This document shows, in pieces, positions 29,486-39,074 of a stretch of DNA of 64,000 nucleotides (its first letter is position 1; the number at the start of each line of letters is the position of its first letter). Source of the DNA: an uncultured virus (IMG/VR IMGVR_UViG_3300041405_000400) (taxonomy: Duplodnaviria > Heunggongvirae > Uroviricota > Caudoviricetes); the IMG/VR virus record IMGVR_UViG_3300041405_000400. One strand, 5' to 3'. The translations under genes and the position numbers were made by a program. The notes below the pieces were generated by a model. The model was given only the letters and a program-made list of their open reading frames with translations. It searched no databases and was not told the origin of the DNA.

Positions 29486-29857
29486 ATGTCTCTAATCAAT
29501 GAATACAATGCAACCGAACAAGCCATCAAGGACTTGCAGGCAAAGATTGATGTCTTGCGCCAAGATCCGTCTTTGGCTCGCGAATTGGAATTCAAAGACA
29601 AGCTGGTTGCACTGATGGAGGGCGGCAATAAGACCCTTCGTGACGTGATCGCCTTGCTTGATCCTCAGAGCCAGCGTCGTGGCAAATACGTTCCGATTGC
29701 GCCGTCTGGTCGTTCTGCGCGCCGTGTGAAGCGTTATAAAAACCCTCACAACGGCGAAGTCATCGAAACCAAGGGCGGGAACCACAAAGCCCTGCAAGAA
29801 TGGAAAAAGAAATGGGGCGGGGATGAGGTCGAGGGTTGGGCGACTTATAAAGATTGA
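29486..29857 (+). CDS. mvaT: MvaT/H-NS-like nucleoid-associated silencer
   Basis: MSLINEY, ELEFKDKL, LRDVIALLDP, RYKNPHNGEVIETKGGNHKALQEWK..WG. Confidence 0.95.
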   Translation: MSLINEYNATEQAIKDLQAKIDVLRQDPSLARELEFKDKLVALMEGGNKTLRDVIALLDPQSQRRGKYVPIAPSGRSARRVKRYKNPHNGEVIETKGGNHKALQEWKKKWGGDEVEGWATYKD

Positions 29858-29874
29858 TTTTTCCGTTATCACCG

Positions 29875-29903
29875 AGGGAGCCGAAAGGCTCCCTTTTTGT
29901 TTT
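29875..29903 (+). terminator. intrinsic terminator after mvaT
   Basis: AGGGAGCC-GAAA-GGCTCCCT-TTTT. Confidence 0.88.
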
Positions 29904-30050
29904 CAAAAATAATCACAAATGATACTAGGACATGGATCTGTCTTAGATTTTTTATTGTCAAAAAAGACAGCAAGATCGTTATGCGGGGGTCGCTCGCTTG
30001 ACATATTTTAACCTAAATTATATCATACGGCCCACTAATAGGATCTCTAC

Positions 30051-30518
30051 ATGCTTTTTAACATTGGGAATTTAACATCATTTTTTGACGCATGTGTGAT
30101 CCTTTCGGTGACCACAAAACAGCTCTTAATCTATGGGACAATCTTTAATCTCAGCCTGATCGCCTCAACTACAGATGAAATAGAAAAGTCTCTCGTAAGG
30201 ATCGGTGCTTTTTTTTGTTTATTGCTAGCGCCCTTTATGTTTTCTGTCTTAAGTGTAGGGGTCAATGTGAGATCTATTAATGAGCAGCCACTCATCATCG
30301 AATTGGCAGCCGAAATTATCTCAGGCCCAGCCTATGTTGGAGTGATAGCTTTGCTTGGCTTTGTACTATCGCTGCTCCCCCTTCTGGCAAGGTTCTGGAA
30401 AAAGCTTTGGTTGAGTGTAGGGAAGGCATCTGTAACCCGTGGCAAGCCGCTCAGTGCGCTGTCCTCTCGGCAACAATCGTCTAATCGAAAACTAGGCCGA
30501 GGCATCTTCAGGGACTGA
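30051..30518 (+). CDS. membrane protein
   Basis: Several hydrophobic segments; TTGACA-N17-TATCAT upstream. Confidence 0.65.
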   Translation: MLFNIGNLTSFFDACVILSVTTKQLLIYGTIFNLSLIASTTDEIEKSLVRIGAFFCLLLAPFMFSVLSVGVNVRSINEQPLIIELAAEIISGPAYVGVIALLGFVLSLLPLLARFWKKLWLSVGKASVTRGKPLSALSSRQQSSNRKLGRGIFRD

Positions 30519-30575
30519 ATGACTGAGATCATTATTTTACACCGCTATAGATAATTTGAATCCAAGGACTTACCA

Positions 30576-31052
30576 ATGAAAACAACAGTTGTAATCGGCC
30601 ACTATTTCAAAGTCAGCTCGCAGGAAAAACTGCGCAAAGAAAGTAAGATGACCTGCGTGAATACCTCATGCAGGAATCATGGAAACAAGCTGCAAGAACG
30701 TTTTTGTGGAAAATGCGGCGGTCAGGTGCAAAACATGTCTTTCTCCTCGCTAATCACCTCGAATAATCCGTGGGATTTGCTCCCAAGAGATCTTGCAGAC
30801 GCAGTGTGCAGTTGGGAATACGGTGATCAGGACGTATGGGGCATCAACATCAAAATCCCCGGTGGCTCCGGCTCTCGATTTGAAGAGCACCAGGGTGGCC
30901 CGGCGATTGTCATCACACCTGAACTCATTGTAAAAGAGCGCGAAGCTGTGCTGGCCAATGAGACTTTGAAGAGTATTATCGGTTATATGCAACAGACTTA
31001 TGGACAAAATTCAATTGAATTGCTCTATGGCGCATACTGCTACGCATCATAA
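30576..31052 (+). CDS. zinc-ribbon hypothetical protein
   Basis: CVNTSC...FCGKCG; AAGGA RBS. Confidence 0.75.
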   Translation: MKTTVVIGHYFKVSSQEKLRKESKMTCVNTSCRNHGNKLQERFCGKCGGQVQNMSFSSLITSNNPWDLLPRDLADAVCSWEYGDQDVWGINIKIPGGSGSRFEEHQGGPAIVITPELIVKEREAVLANETLKSIIGYMQQTYGQNSIELLYGAYCYAS

Positions 31053-31179
31053 CTCCTCCCCTAACAATGGGCAGTAAATATCAAAACGAGGGGCGGATGC
31101 AGAACAACGAGCAGCTAGTCTGCTCGTTTTCATATCCAATTTTGAGCTTATTTAAGATTAAGTTTGCCAGTTGCAGTCT

Positions 31180-31482
31180 TCATTGACTTTTTATGCAATT
31201 ATCGAGTGCCTGGGACAAGAAATACTGGCGAGCAGCATCATCCGTATTTTGAAGTGCGAAATTATAAGCCTCGATATTCATTCGACCAGTTACAGTACTA
31301 GGGTCAAACTTGTAACGAGCGCCACGGTCCGCATTCTGCATGATTGTATTGAGGTTATCAGATTTGGTTTGGCATTCAGCCTTTATTTCATCTCCCTGAT
31401 TTTGGCCCTCAGCTTCAATTGAGTGTGCTTGAGCAGCTGTCCAGCTAAACAGCCCCAAGGTTAAAAAGATCCAGTATTTCAT
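31180..31482 (-). CDS. secreted hypothetical protein
   Basis: Signal peptide; GGAG RBS. Confidence 0.7.
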   Translation of the reverse strand: MKYWIFLTLGLFSWTAAQAHSIEAEGQNQGDEIKAECQTKSDNLNTIMQNADRGARYKFDPSTVTGRMNIEAYNFALQNTDDAARQYFLSQALDNCIKSQ

Positions 31483-31708
31483 TCAGTTAGCTCCAATTTT
31501 CCCTTGAGTGTATCAGCTAAAATTCGATAGCGAAGCGACTATACGAGGGCCTTTATAGTTTTCCAGCATAACCTGTAGCTCCTCTTCTGCATTGCAATTG
31601 GTGCAGGCCTTGGCTTCGCGAGGGTGGCATTTTCCGTGCTCAAGCGTCATGTTGCGGAGCAGTGTCATCACTCTGTGGAAGCTCTCTGCATCGTCACGAA
31701 TTTCTTGT

Positions 31709-32299
31709 TCAAGCATGTTGCACCTCTTTACTATTGATGGGTAGCCATTCAAACCTGCGTCCACCCTCACCTACTTCTGATTGGATTATACGCCATTGTT
31801 CGACAGTTATTTCCCGTGGGTATTTGGAGGCAAAAAACACTGATCGTTTGATGTTGCCTCCCATTAGAAAATTAAAACACGTCAGGGCGAAATCTTGACT
31901 TGTGGCACTGCCGGAAGGAACAGTGATTGCCCCTGATCCGTCTCTGTTTTTAACGATAAAGACCTTCTTATCGCCCCACTCTCGATCCCTCTTGCGGGAA
32001 AAATCGAGCGTTTCGGCGGTGGCCTTAGCGCGCAAGCCATCGCGGCGCTGCATGAAGAACTCATGTTTTTCGTTTTCGAATGAATACAATCTACAATCAG
32101 ATTCATTCACAAATTGTTTGCACAAACGAGTCAAGCCACTATGCAAATCTGCTGGAATCCATCGATGTTTTCCTTCCAATGCATCCACAATTCCGCTGAT
32201 CATGGACAATTCACCAGCGCAAACAGCCAAAGTTTCTCTTTTTTTGTTTTGTTTAAAGTCCCAAAGCATAAAAACAAAATCAGTATCGTTTGTTTCCAT
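31709..32299 (-). CDS. hypothetical protein
   Basis: GAGGA RBS; 196 aa. Confidence 0.72.
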   Translation of the reverse strand: METNDTDFVFMLWDFKQNKKRETLAVCAGELSMISGIVDALEGKHRWIPADLHSGLTRLCKQFVNESDCRLYSFENEKHEFFMQRRDGLRAKATAETLDFSRKRDREWGDKKVFIVKNRDGSGAITVPSGSATSQDFALTCFNFLMGGNIKRSVFFASKYPREITVEQWRIIQSEVGEGGRRFEWLPINSKEVQHA

Positions 32300-32339
32300 T
32301 TGTTCCTCGATATAATTCCATAATTCGATTATTTTTCAT

Positions 32340-32682
32340 ATTGTGAGGTGCCAGTTCCGGCCTGAATGGTTCCAGGGGACACAAGACTCAGGACTGCCGG
32401 GCGATGTGCATGGTTGGATGGGATCTCACCATATTCCTCCTGGGCATAATCAAGCATTGTCGGGAGGGTCTTGGCCAGATCCTGCATCTGCCAGCGCCAC
32501 AAGCCCTGTGTGAGCGTTCATCCAGAAGGCTGTTTGGATAGGCGCACCCCTTGTTTTCGGTAACCTGCTGTCGGTTGCTCTCTTGACAGTAGCTTTTCCG
32601 AGCCGTCTTTCTGATTACCCTTACGCGGAATTGAGGTGATTACCAGATGAGCGCCATTTGCTTCCGATAATTCCGCGTATCT
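32340..32682 (-). ncRNA. candidate structured RNA or leader (weak)
   Basis: Gap with no ORF of 60 aa or more; perfect 11-bp inverted repeat (32622-32632/32669-32679) and several hairpins; no clear promoter or terminator. Confidence 0.3.
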
Positions 32683-33200
32683 GTATGATACAGCATTTTG
32701 CAGTGGTGTTACCCATCACTTGGTTCTTTCACCTGCCATCGAATTCGCGCTCTGGGCGCAATAATGACCTCCAGGCCATTGTAAAAAGGCGCAGCCTTGC
32801 GGGCTTTTATGTGTTTTCGATTAGAAAATCCAATTACCACCGCCCACTCCCGGTCATCGCATTCCACTCTCTTGAATACGTCGCCTAGTGTCAGTTGATT
32901 GGTGGACTTGATGCGCACGGTGCCTCCTTGCGAGCCGCCCTACTCGGGCGGAAATGGCCAGCGGGGTTAGAGGCCTTTCTCGCCGCACTTTGGGCAGCAC
33001 AGAATGATGGTGTACAACTGAAATCCGCCCACGTAATAACCTGCCTGATGGCACATGGTGATTCGTTTGGCTTTGACCGGTGTGATCACCTGCATGCACG
33101 CACGACACTCTCGCGGTGCCGCGACCAAATGATCCTTGGTGAGATCAACGTCAGAAACAACCATCATTTGCTCCAGATTATCTGAGATGGCCGAGATGGA

Positions 33201-33386
33201 TCAGGAGGCTCTCAAGGCTTGCACGTCTGCCGGTAGCCGATTCCATTCTTGCTCAGTAAGGTTCTGAACACCGAAAATTTCCGGCGTTTGTCGGCTGGAG
33301 TAAATTTGTTTCAGGCCATCGTCCCATTGCATAAGGTGGCCCTTATAGGAGATACCAACAACCTCTCCATCTTTGAAAGCGCGCAT
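33201..33386 (-). CDS. small hypothetical protein
   Basis: Start MRAFK lies just after the promoter. Confidence 0.6.
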   Translation of the reverse strand: MRAFKDGEVVGISYKGHLMQWDDGLKQIYSSRQTPEIFGVQNLTEQEWNRLPADVQALRAS

Positions 33387-33416
33387 CGCGTATAAACCTT
33401 TTAATATGATTGGGTA

Positions 33417-33455
33417 ATTATAATAAACCCGGACATTAAAGTCAATGTTATTTAC
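33417..33455 (-). promoter_or_regulatory. sigma70 promoter with near-palindrome
   Basis: TTGACT-N17-TATAAT; GTCAATGTTATTTAC. Confidence 0.8.
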
Positions 33456-33549
33456 TTTTAAGGGCGTGCTGGTTCTGTCGATATGACATTCTTTTCCGCT
33501 CGCTGCCGCGCCACAGGGGGTGATTGTCCGCTGGCGCTTGGCTTTGCTC

Positions 33550-33852
33550 TTAGGCAGCCAACAGCGCCCTCTCGCAAAAATCCAGGCGGCGGATCGCTTC
33601 AATGTTGCAGTCCACTGGCTTTTCACACTCGATGAATGCAAGGTTGAATCGGCGCCCTGTGGGCTGCTTAGCAATGATTTCGGCCTTCACCAGCTGCCAC
33701 ACATCGCCACCGGTCAAGCTGAGGCGTACAGGGGCTGGCAGGCCTGCGCCGTGGACGTACCACGCGGCGGAATCCGCCTCAAGCTGGGCGAGTTCACCTT
33801 GTGAGGCCATCAGTGCGGAAATGCATTTTTGTTGACGAGAATTAAGGGTCAT
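33550..33852 (-). CDS. hypothetical protein
   Basis: Start MTLNS follows TTGACA-N16-TATAAT at 33881-33908. Confidence 0.65.
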   Translation of the reverse strand: MTLNSRQQKCISALMASQGELAQLEADSAAWYVHGAGLPAPVRLSLTGGDVWQLVKAEIIAKQPTGRRFNLAFIECEKPVDCNIEAIRRLDFCERALLAA

Positions 33853-33973
33853 GAGAACACTATTGATTGGAAAGGCGATTATTATAGTGATCATCGCTCA
33901 ATTGTCAATATAATATGGTAGAAATAGCAATGTTATCCCCAAGAAAGCTCCTGGGGTGTTCGAGACTGCTTTA

Positions 33974-34969
33974 TCAACCTATGGATGGCTGGTTGGAGTA
34001 AAGGTGAAGGGCTTTCTCCTGCCTCATCTTCACAGGCTCTCGCTCAAACATCGAGGATTCAGGAAAGCATGCATTGCGTGCAAGATCCAGCTTCTCGTGC
34101 AAATCATCCAGGTCAGTCCTGTTGTCTGTCGTGTCGTTAATGCACACTGACAGTTTCACGCCAAGTGCGTCCATTAGCTCGGCACTCACATCGCGTTGCT
34201 CGACATGATCGGTATACAGATAAAGCGATTGATCGTAACGGATATCAGAACGTCCTGAGGTCGCGCACCAGTCAGGATAGACGTTTGCGAGTATGCTCTG
34301 GCCAAACACGCGACGGAATTTTTCTGATCTGACTTCATGAAACATGTCTGGGTGTAGTGTCTCCAGTTCTTGCATCCAGCCTTTTTTGATGCCTTTAGGG
34401 GTGTGTTCTGGCAGATAATCAAGTTTGGATTCACCGTAATGTTCAATCATCCACAGCTTTGCGTTTAGTGCATCGTTACCACCGGCCAAATTACCCACTG
34501 AGTTCACTTCTGGAAGGCGTTCGTTCGTGAGGTATACACGAGATCCTTTTTCACCGAAAAAGTCGTCAAATTGAACGTGACGGCTCAGAAAAACGTCGTC
34601 GTTAAAGGCCACGAAATGTTCACTGAGTCCCGGTATTTTGTGCAGGGCCGATTCAATGACTCGGGATGAGAACGTCGGCAGGTAGCATTCATCGAGTATT
34701 TGAGTGTGATCAATGATTTTGACGCGTGGATTGTTGTTTAGAAATTCCGGACGTTGATTGTCGGTTACGATAAAGATATTGCCTTGGAACGGCCAGAAGT
34801 GCTCGATGGAGCGCAGAAGAAATTTCAGTTCTCCATTGTCCCGGTAGCGGCCTTCAACATTTGAGGTTGAAAGTGTCGAGGCGAGGTTTCCATTTTCAGA
34901 ACGCTCTCTTTTTTGTCTCCAAACAGGATCGTTCCCATTTACCCAGGTAATGACGGCATCTACTTTCAT
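33974..34969 (-). CDS. Stealth-family hexose-1-phosphate transferase
   Basis: CR1 VDAVITWVNGND; CR2 RYRDNGELKFLLRSI..PTFSS..IE..IPGLSEHF..FNDD; CR4 CIND. Confidence 0.93.
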   Translation of the reverse strand: MKVDAVITWVNGNDPVWRQKRERSENGNLASTLSTSNVEGRYRDNGELKFLLRSIEHFWPFQGNIFIVTDNQRPEFLNNNPRVKIIDHTQILDECYLPTFSSRVIESALHKIPGLSEHFVAFNDDVFLSRHVQFDDFFGEKGSRVYLTNERLPEVNSVGNLAGGNDALNAKLWMIEHYGESKLDYLPEHTPKGIKKGWMQELETLHPDMFHEVRSEKFRRVFGQSILANVYPDWCATSGRSDIRYDQSLYLYTDHVEQRDVSAELMDALGVKLSVCINDTTDNRTDLDDLHEKLDLARNACFPESSMFEREPVKMRQEKALHLYSNQPSIG

Positions 34970-35067
34970 TATTGCTACTCATTTTTTATTGTTATTATAT
35001 CTCCATTGTAGCACTGTACATTTAATAGCAGAAAGGCCCTTTCGGGCCTATTGTCACATGACGTGCG

Positions 35068-35673
35068 TTAAGCTAGCACACCTTGCAATGGTGAGATTTT
35101 CACCTTTGCATAGTGCTCCAGCAGATGCTCTTCAGGCATTTGCGGCTCAAAGCCAATGTCCATTCCGAATTGTGTGCGGAACTGCTCGCACACCACATCC
35201 AAATGCTTCTGAAGCTGCGCCGCCAACTCTGGCTTGTTGTGCTCGTTCAGCTCGTATATGCCGAATGCCACGTTTGAGAGATAGCTTTTCAAACAGGTGC
35301 CCGAGAGGATATGGCCACCCTCTTCCACCGCATTTTGAATTTCCTCGCGGCTCTCGAAGTGACGGCGGGCAATCCAGTTGGCGTTGTCGCTGATTTGCCC
35401 AAAATGGGCAACTGGATATTGGTTGTGCCACGTTTTGCCATTCGAATCGCGCAGCACGTAACCGGGCGCGGTGCGGTCTTCACTGTACTCGACCGGAGAC
35501 TGGTGCTCCATCAAAGATTCCAGCTCAAAGATGTCGATGCGCAGCAGCTTATGCTCCCAGGGGAGATAAGTGCTTGGCGTCAAGCCGTTGTTATTACTCC
35601 GGCCATTTCCGAATTGAAAGCGAACGAATATGAAAGGATGTTTTTGTCCAACTTCAAAGCGTTGATTCGACAT
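35068..35673 (-). CDS. hypothetical protein, paralogue of 8403..8999
   Basis: RFEVG, PWEHKL, WHNQYP. Confidence 0.8.
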   Translation of the reverse strand: MSNQRFEVGQKHPFIFVRFQFGNGRSNNNGLTPSTYLPWEHKLLRIDIFELESLMEHQSPVEYSEDRTAPGYVLRDSNGKTWHNQYPVAHFGQISDNANWIARRHFESREEIQNAVEEGGHILSGTCLKSYLSNVAFGIYELNEHNKPELAAQLQKHLDVVCEQFRTQFGMDIGFEPQMPEEHLLEHYAKVKISPLQGVLA

Positions 35674-35728
35674 GTTGATTTCCGGATGATGTGAGGGTTG
35701 TTAGGCCAGCAGGGGCGGGCCGTTGAAT

Positions 35729-36067
35729 TCAGATGACTTCTTCAAGGCCTTCGCGAGAAATCAGTTGGGCATTGGCCCAATCGCCACCTTGCAGTTGCAG
35801 GAGGCGACCGTCTTTGTACTCAATGATGATGCGTTCATCGCCCCAGGTGAGATCGGCGCCAGTGTTGTCTTTGTGGCGCTGAAAGCCTTTGTTGGTGTTT
35901 TCCAGACGATCAACCGTGCGATTGATGTCATCAACGGCCTTGGTTTTCTTTTCGTCGTGATACCAATAGCCAGTGGCGAATGTGGCTTTCACTTCTGGGC
36001 CGAACAATGCCTTCGAAATCTCAGTCAGCGGCTTGCTTTTTTTGATCAACATGCTGCTAGCGGTCAT
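35729..36067 (-). CDS. hypothetical protein
   Basis: AGGAG RBS; promoter TTGACA-N17-TATACT at 36136-36164. Confidence 0.72.
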   Translation of the reverse strand: MTASSMLIKKSKPLTEISKALFGPEVKATFATGYWYHDEKKTKAVDDINRTVDRLENTNKGFQRHKDNTGADLTWGDERIIIEYKDGRLLQLQGGDWANAQLISREGLEEVI

Positions 36068-36148
36068 GAAAGACTCCTGCTGGACTTAAACACGGTTTTG
36101 TGTTCGACGTACCAAAATCAAAATTTATGCGTTAGAGTATAGAGAACC

Positions 36149-36703
36149 TTGAGACAAATGTCAATGACAAAAACATTAGTATCTGCTCATCATTATTTCA
36201 TTACCCATGAGTACGCCCGGTGGACGGTAGTGTCTGCTTTGCGTCGCGGCGCAATTCGGAGTAAATCCGCCATTTACTCGGCCTTGATCAAGGTGGATTT
36301 TTCACCTCTTTTCGACTTGTCGTTGGGCGTTATCGATGAAAATGAATTTTCACAATGGCATGACAATGCCTTGACCGTCCTAGTCGGCACTGCTGGGCTG
36401 GAGAATCAATACGGCTGGGCAGCTAAGATACTGAATGTCTACCTCAAGACCACTGTCTACGTCGCAGGCCTTGGTCGATCAGGCTTGATTGAATTGGTCC
36501 ATCCTCCCATCGACACCGGGCTTTGGGGTGGCTTGTTGGAGCAGTTTCCTGGTCAAGATGTGTTGCGTCAGACACATCGTGTTCAGGCGATTGTGGGTAT
36601 TACCAATTTGGCCATCTATCACGACATCATTGATGGGATGAAGCAGATGGCCAATATGCGTCAGTGCCTGCTGATCGAGCTGGAGCAGTTCTGGCTCAAT
36701 TAG
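36149..36703 (+). CDS. hypothetical protein (start uncertain)
   Basis: YGWAAKILNVYLK..HPPID conserved-looking block. Confidence 0.7.
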   Translation: MRQMSMTKTLVSAHHYFITHEYARWTVVSALRRGAIRSKSAIYSALIKVDFSPLFDLSLGVIDENEFSQWHDNALTVLVGTAGLENQYGWAAKILNVYLKTTVYVAGLGRSGLIELVHPPIDTGLWGGLLEQFPGQDVLRQTHRVQAIVGITNLAIYHDIIDGMKQMANMRQCLLIELEQFWLN

Positions 36704-37754
36704 CGATTATTGCAGTGCCTTGGTGGCCCAGACTATCCATCAGGCTCACAATCTCATCATGATGCACCAGATGGACTTTGTTGCGCGTTGCAACTGTCCT
36801 GGCTGCTTTGGTGTAACTGGCGTTCGACACCACCACGGCAGCCTGACACTGGTAAAAGTCTTTTGCTGTGTACGCCTCTTGTACACTGCTGTTCCCCACA
36901 GGCGATGAGTACAGCTTGCATTGAATGGCGACTTGAAAGCCACCTTTGTTGGCAATGATATCCGCGCCATGATCCCCCGTTGCCGGTGTCAGCGTGGCCT
37001 GCCACCCTGCTGTCTCCAGAAGCCCAGCGACAAATGACTCGTAATCAATGCCGGTAATCACATCGCTCATTGTCAGCGCCACAACCTCGGCGGAGACGTA
37101 TGGAACCATGTCATTGATCATTTGATGCCAATGGGCTGGGGGCTTGTCATACACCCCATAAGTATTAATGGAGATAAAGGCCACACGAGCGACAAAATAA
37201 TTGGCTTCCTTGCGCCAGTCTGACTCGCGCAGCACGTCATACTCATCAATGAACGTGCCCTGACTGCGTTTTCGGCTCAGTAGCAGAAAGTGTTTTTGCA
37301 CCAGCTCGGAAAACTCGGCGTTGGCCAGATCTTCGACGACCTTCGCAAAGTCCTGTTTGAAACGTGCTTGTGCCGCATCGAAGCTGTCCTCATTGCGACA
37401 ATGCCAAACTTTAAACCGTCGAAACGCCACGTTGTCCGATCTTGGGGCTGCCAGATACTCTTGCCTCAATGTCCTGTAGCGGGATGAGACGCTGTAGACG
37501 TACATGACCAATCGTGTCAGATAAAACGCAGGCAAAAACAGCAGAATGACACCCAGGGCAATGACAAGCTGGGTTTCGTAAGCGCTCACTATCGACTTGA
37601 ACAGGATCAGGATAACCCAAATAATCCCGGCGCCAAGAGTATGCCAAAATGGTTGGCGCAGCTCGCAGTCAAGTTTGACGTAAATGGCTACCAGGGCGAC
37701 TGTAATCAGTCCAACGGTAGCAACTAGCGCTGGTGTTATTTCAAGTGCCGACAT
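36696..37754 (-). CDS. membrane-anchored Mrr-like restriction endonuclease
   Basis: Three N-terminal TM segments; GIDYESFVA..GW, TGDHGADII, IQCKLYSSPVGNSSVQE, YTKAA. Confidence 0.9.
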   Translation of the reverse strand: MSALEITPALVATVGLITVALVAIYVKLDCELRQPFWHTLGAGIIWVILILFKSIVSAYETQLVIALGVILLFLPAFYLTRLVMYVYSVSSRYRTLRQEYLAAPRSDNVAFRRFKVWHCRNEDSFDAAQARFKQDFAKVVEDLANAEFSELVQKHFLLLSRKRSQGTFIDEYDVLRESDWRKEANYFVARVAFISINTYGVYDKPPAHWHQMINDMVPYVSAEVVALTMSDVITGIDYESFVAGLLETAGWQATLTPATGDHGADIIANKGGFQVAIQCKLYSSPVGNSSVQEAYTAKDFYQCQAAVVVSNASYTKAARTVATRNKVHLVHHDEIVSLMDSLGHQGTAIIAN

Positions 37755-37802
37755 ACCGCGTCCTTGTTATAAAGAGAAAGACGACATTACCGCATGCATC
37801 CT

Positions 37803-38579
37803 CTACAGCTCAACTGGAGGTACGGCCTTGATGTCCTTCTCATAGGTTTCCTGATCTGGGAAAAAGGTGTCGTGCCGACTCATAACTTCGACCAGATGAG
37901 TGCATCGATACGATTTTCCTTCCTGCTCAAGCGCCATCATTTTACCAATGGCGGAATTCGGATCGGCGTACAGGTCATACCCGCCTTTCCAATACAATGC
38001 GCAGGCTTCCTCAACAAACTCTTTGTAGGCCGTCATGTCGAGCAGCGATTTTGCGGTGTCGATGTCGCCGGTTTCCAATGCTTGCAGTGCTTCATTCATC
38101 CGCACCAACAAACCACGGTAGTCTTTATGCAACTCTGATTGGTGGCTGAAAGCTGCATCCAGGTAACCGTCCATACTGTCGGCGAACAGGTGCGCCTCAA
38201 AGGGTGAAGTGAAGAGTCTGGCAAGCGCCAATCCCCATGGACGGCCTAGTGCTTCTCCGTCCACGTTTTTGGGGCAGATTCGAACAGACCAGCCTTCAAG
38301 ATCCCACATGACAATCGTCCAATTGCTGTTCGGTCGCATGTGATCCAGTTTCGGCATTCCAGGCACATCAGAGGTGTCACCCGTAACACTATGTTCTTTC
38401 ATGTGGGCCGCACTGGGCACGCCAATGGAAAATGTCGGCACCAGTTGACGAAGAATGACGATTGTTCGATTGCAGCAGGATGTTACCTCAAACGACTGTT
38501 CCGGAGAATCAGCGTTGTACTCAGGGGTAATGACCGCATTGCAATGTGGGCAGTTGTAATCTTCCATTGGGCGCCTCAA
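37803..38579 (-). CDS. hypothetical protein with N-terminal zinc ribbon
   Basis: CPHC...SCC. Confidence 0.72.
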   Translation of the reverse strand: MRRPMEDYNCPHCNAVITPEYNADSPEQSFEVTSCCNRTIVILRQLVPTFSIGVPSAAHMKEHSVTGDTSDVPGMPKLDHMRPNSNWTIVMWDLEGWSVRICPKNVDGEALGRPWGLALARLFTSPFEAHLFADSMDGYLDAAFSHQSELHKDYRGLLVRMNEALQALETGDIDTAKSLLDMTAYKEFVEEACALYWKGGYDLYADPNSAIGKMMALEQEGKSYRCTHLVEVMSRHDTFFPDQETYEKDIKAVPPVEL

Positions 38580-38607
38580 GGCGTAAAAGTTAAATTTGGT
38601 TTTAATA

Positions 38608-39048
38608 TTAGGAGGCGAGCGCGTCTTCTACGGCTTTCAGCGATCCTTCAAAATAGCCGTTCTCATAATCACCTTTGAGATAGGCGTAATACACTGGCTT
38701 GCCCTCACAAATGAGCAGCCCGATCCGAGGATCGGAAATGGCCAGCGGTTGGTGGTTCTCTTGCTCATCTCCTTTGAGATCGACGGACTCATCGAAGCAG
38801 TCATCATCAAGCATGCTGGAGCCAAGTACCTCTTCTCGAAGCCAGACGATGGTGCATTTGCCAAATGGAATGAACCCCGAGCGAGCAGCTGCCCGAGGGG
38901 TGTCCTGACGATAAGCCTGTGCAATGATCTGCCGAGCTTCTGTCTTGTTCTTGGCATCGACGTAATCTTCTTGACCCTGACCTTCAGGCGAGTCCAGACG
39001 ATAAAACAATCTGAGCATGATTATGTCCTTTGGCAAAACAGAGGGCAC
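38608..39048 (-). CDS. hypothetical protein
   Basis: Operon-packed ORF; start uncertain. Confidence 0.65.
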   Translation of the reverse strand: MPSVLPKDIIMLRLFYRLDSPEGQGQEDYVDAKNKTEARQIIAQAYRQDTPRAAARSGFIPFGKCTIVWLREEVLGSSMLDDDCFDESVDLKGDEQENHQPLAISDPRIGLLICEGKPVYYAYLKGDYENGYFEGSLKAVEDALAS

Positions 39049-39074
39049 AGCTCATGCGCCCCTGTGGGTATGGG

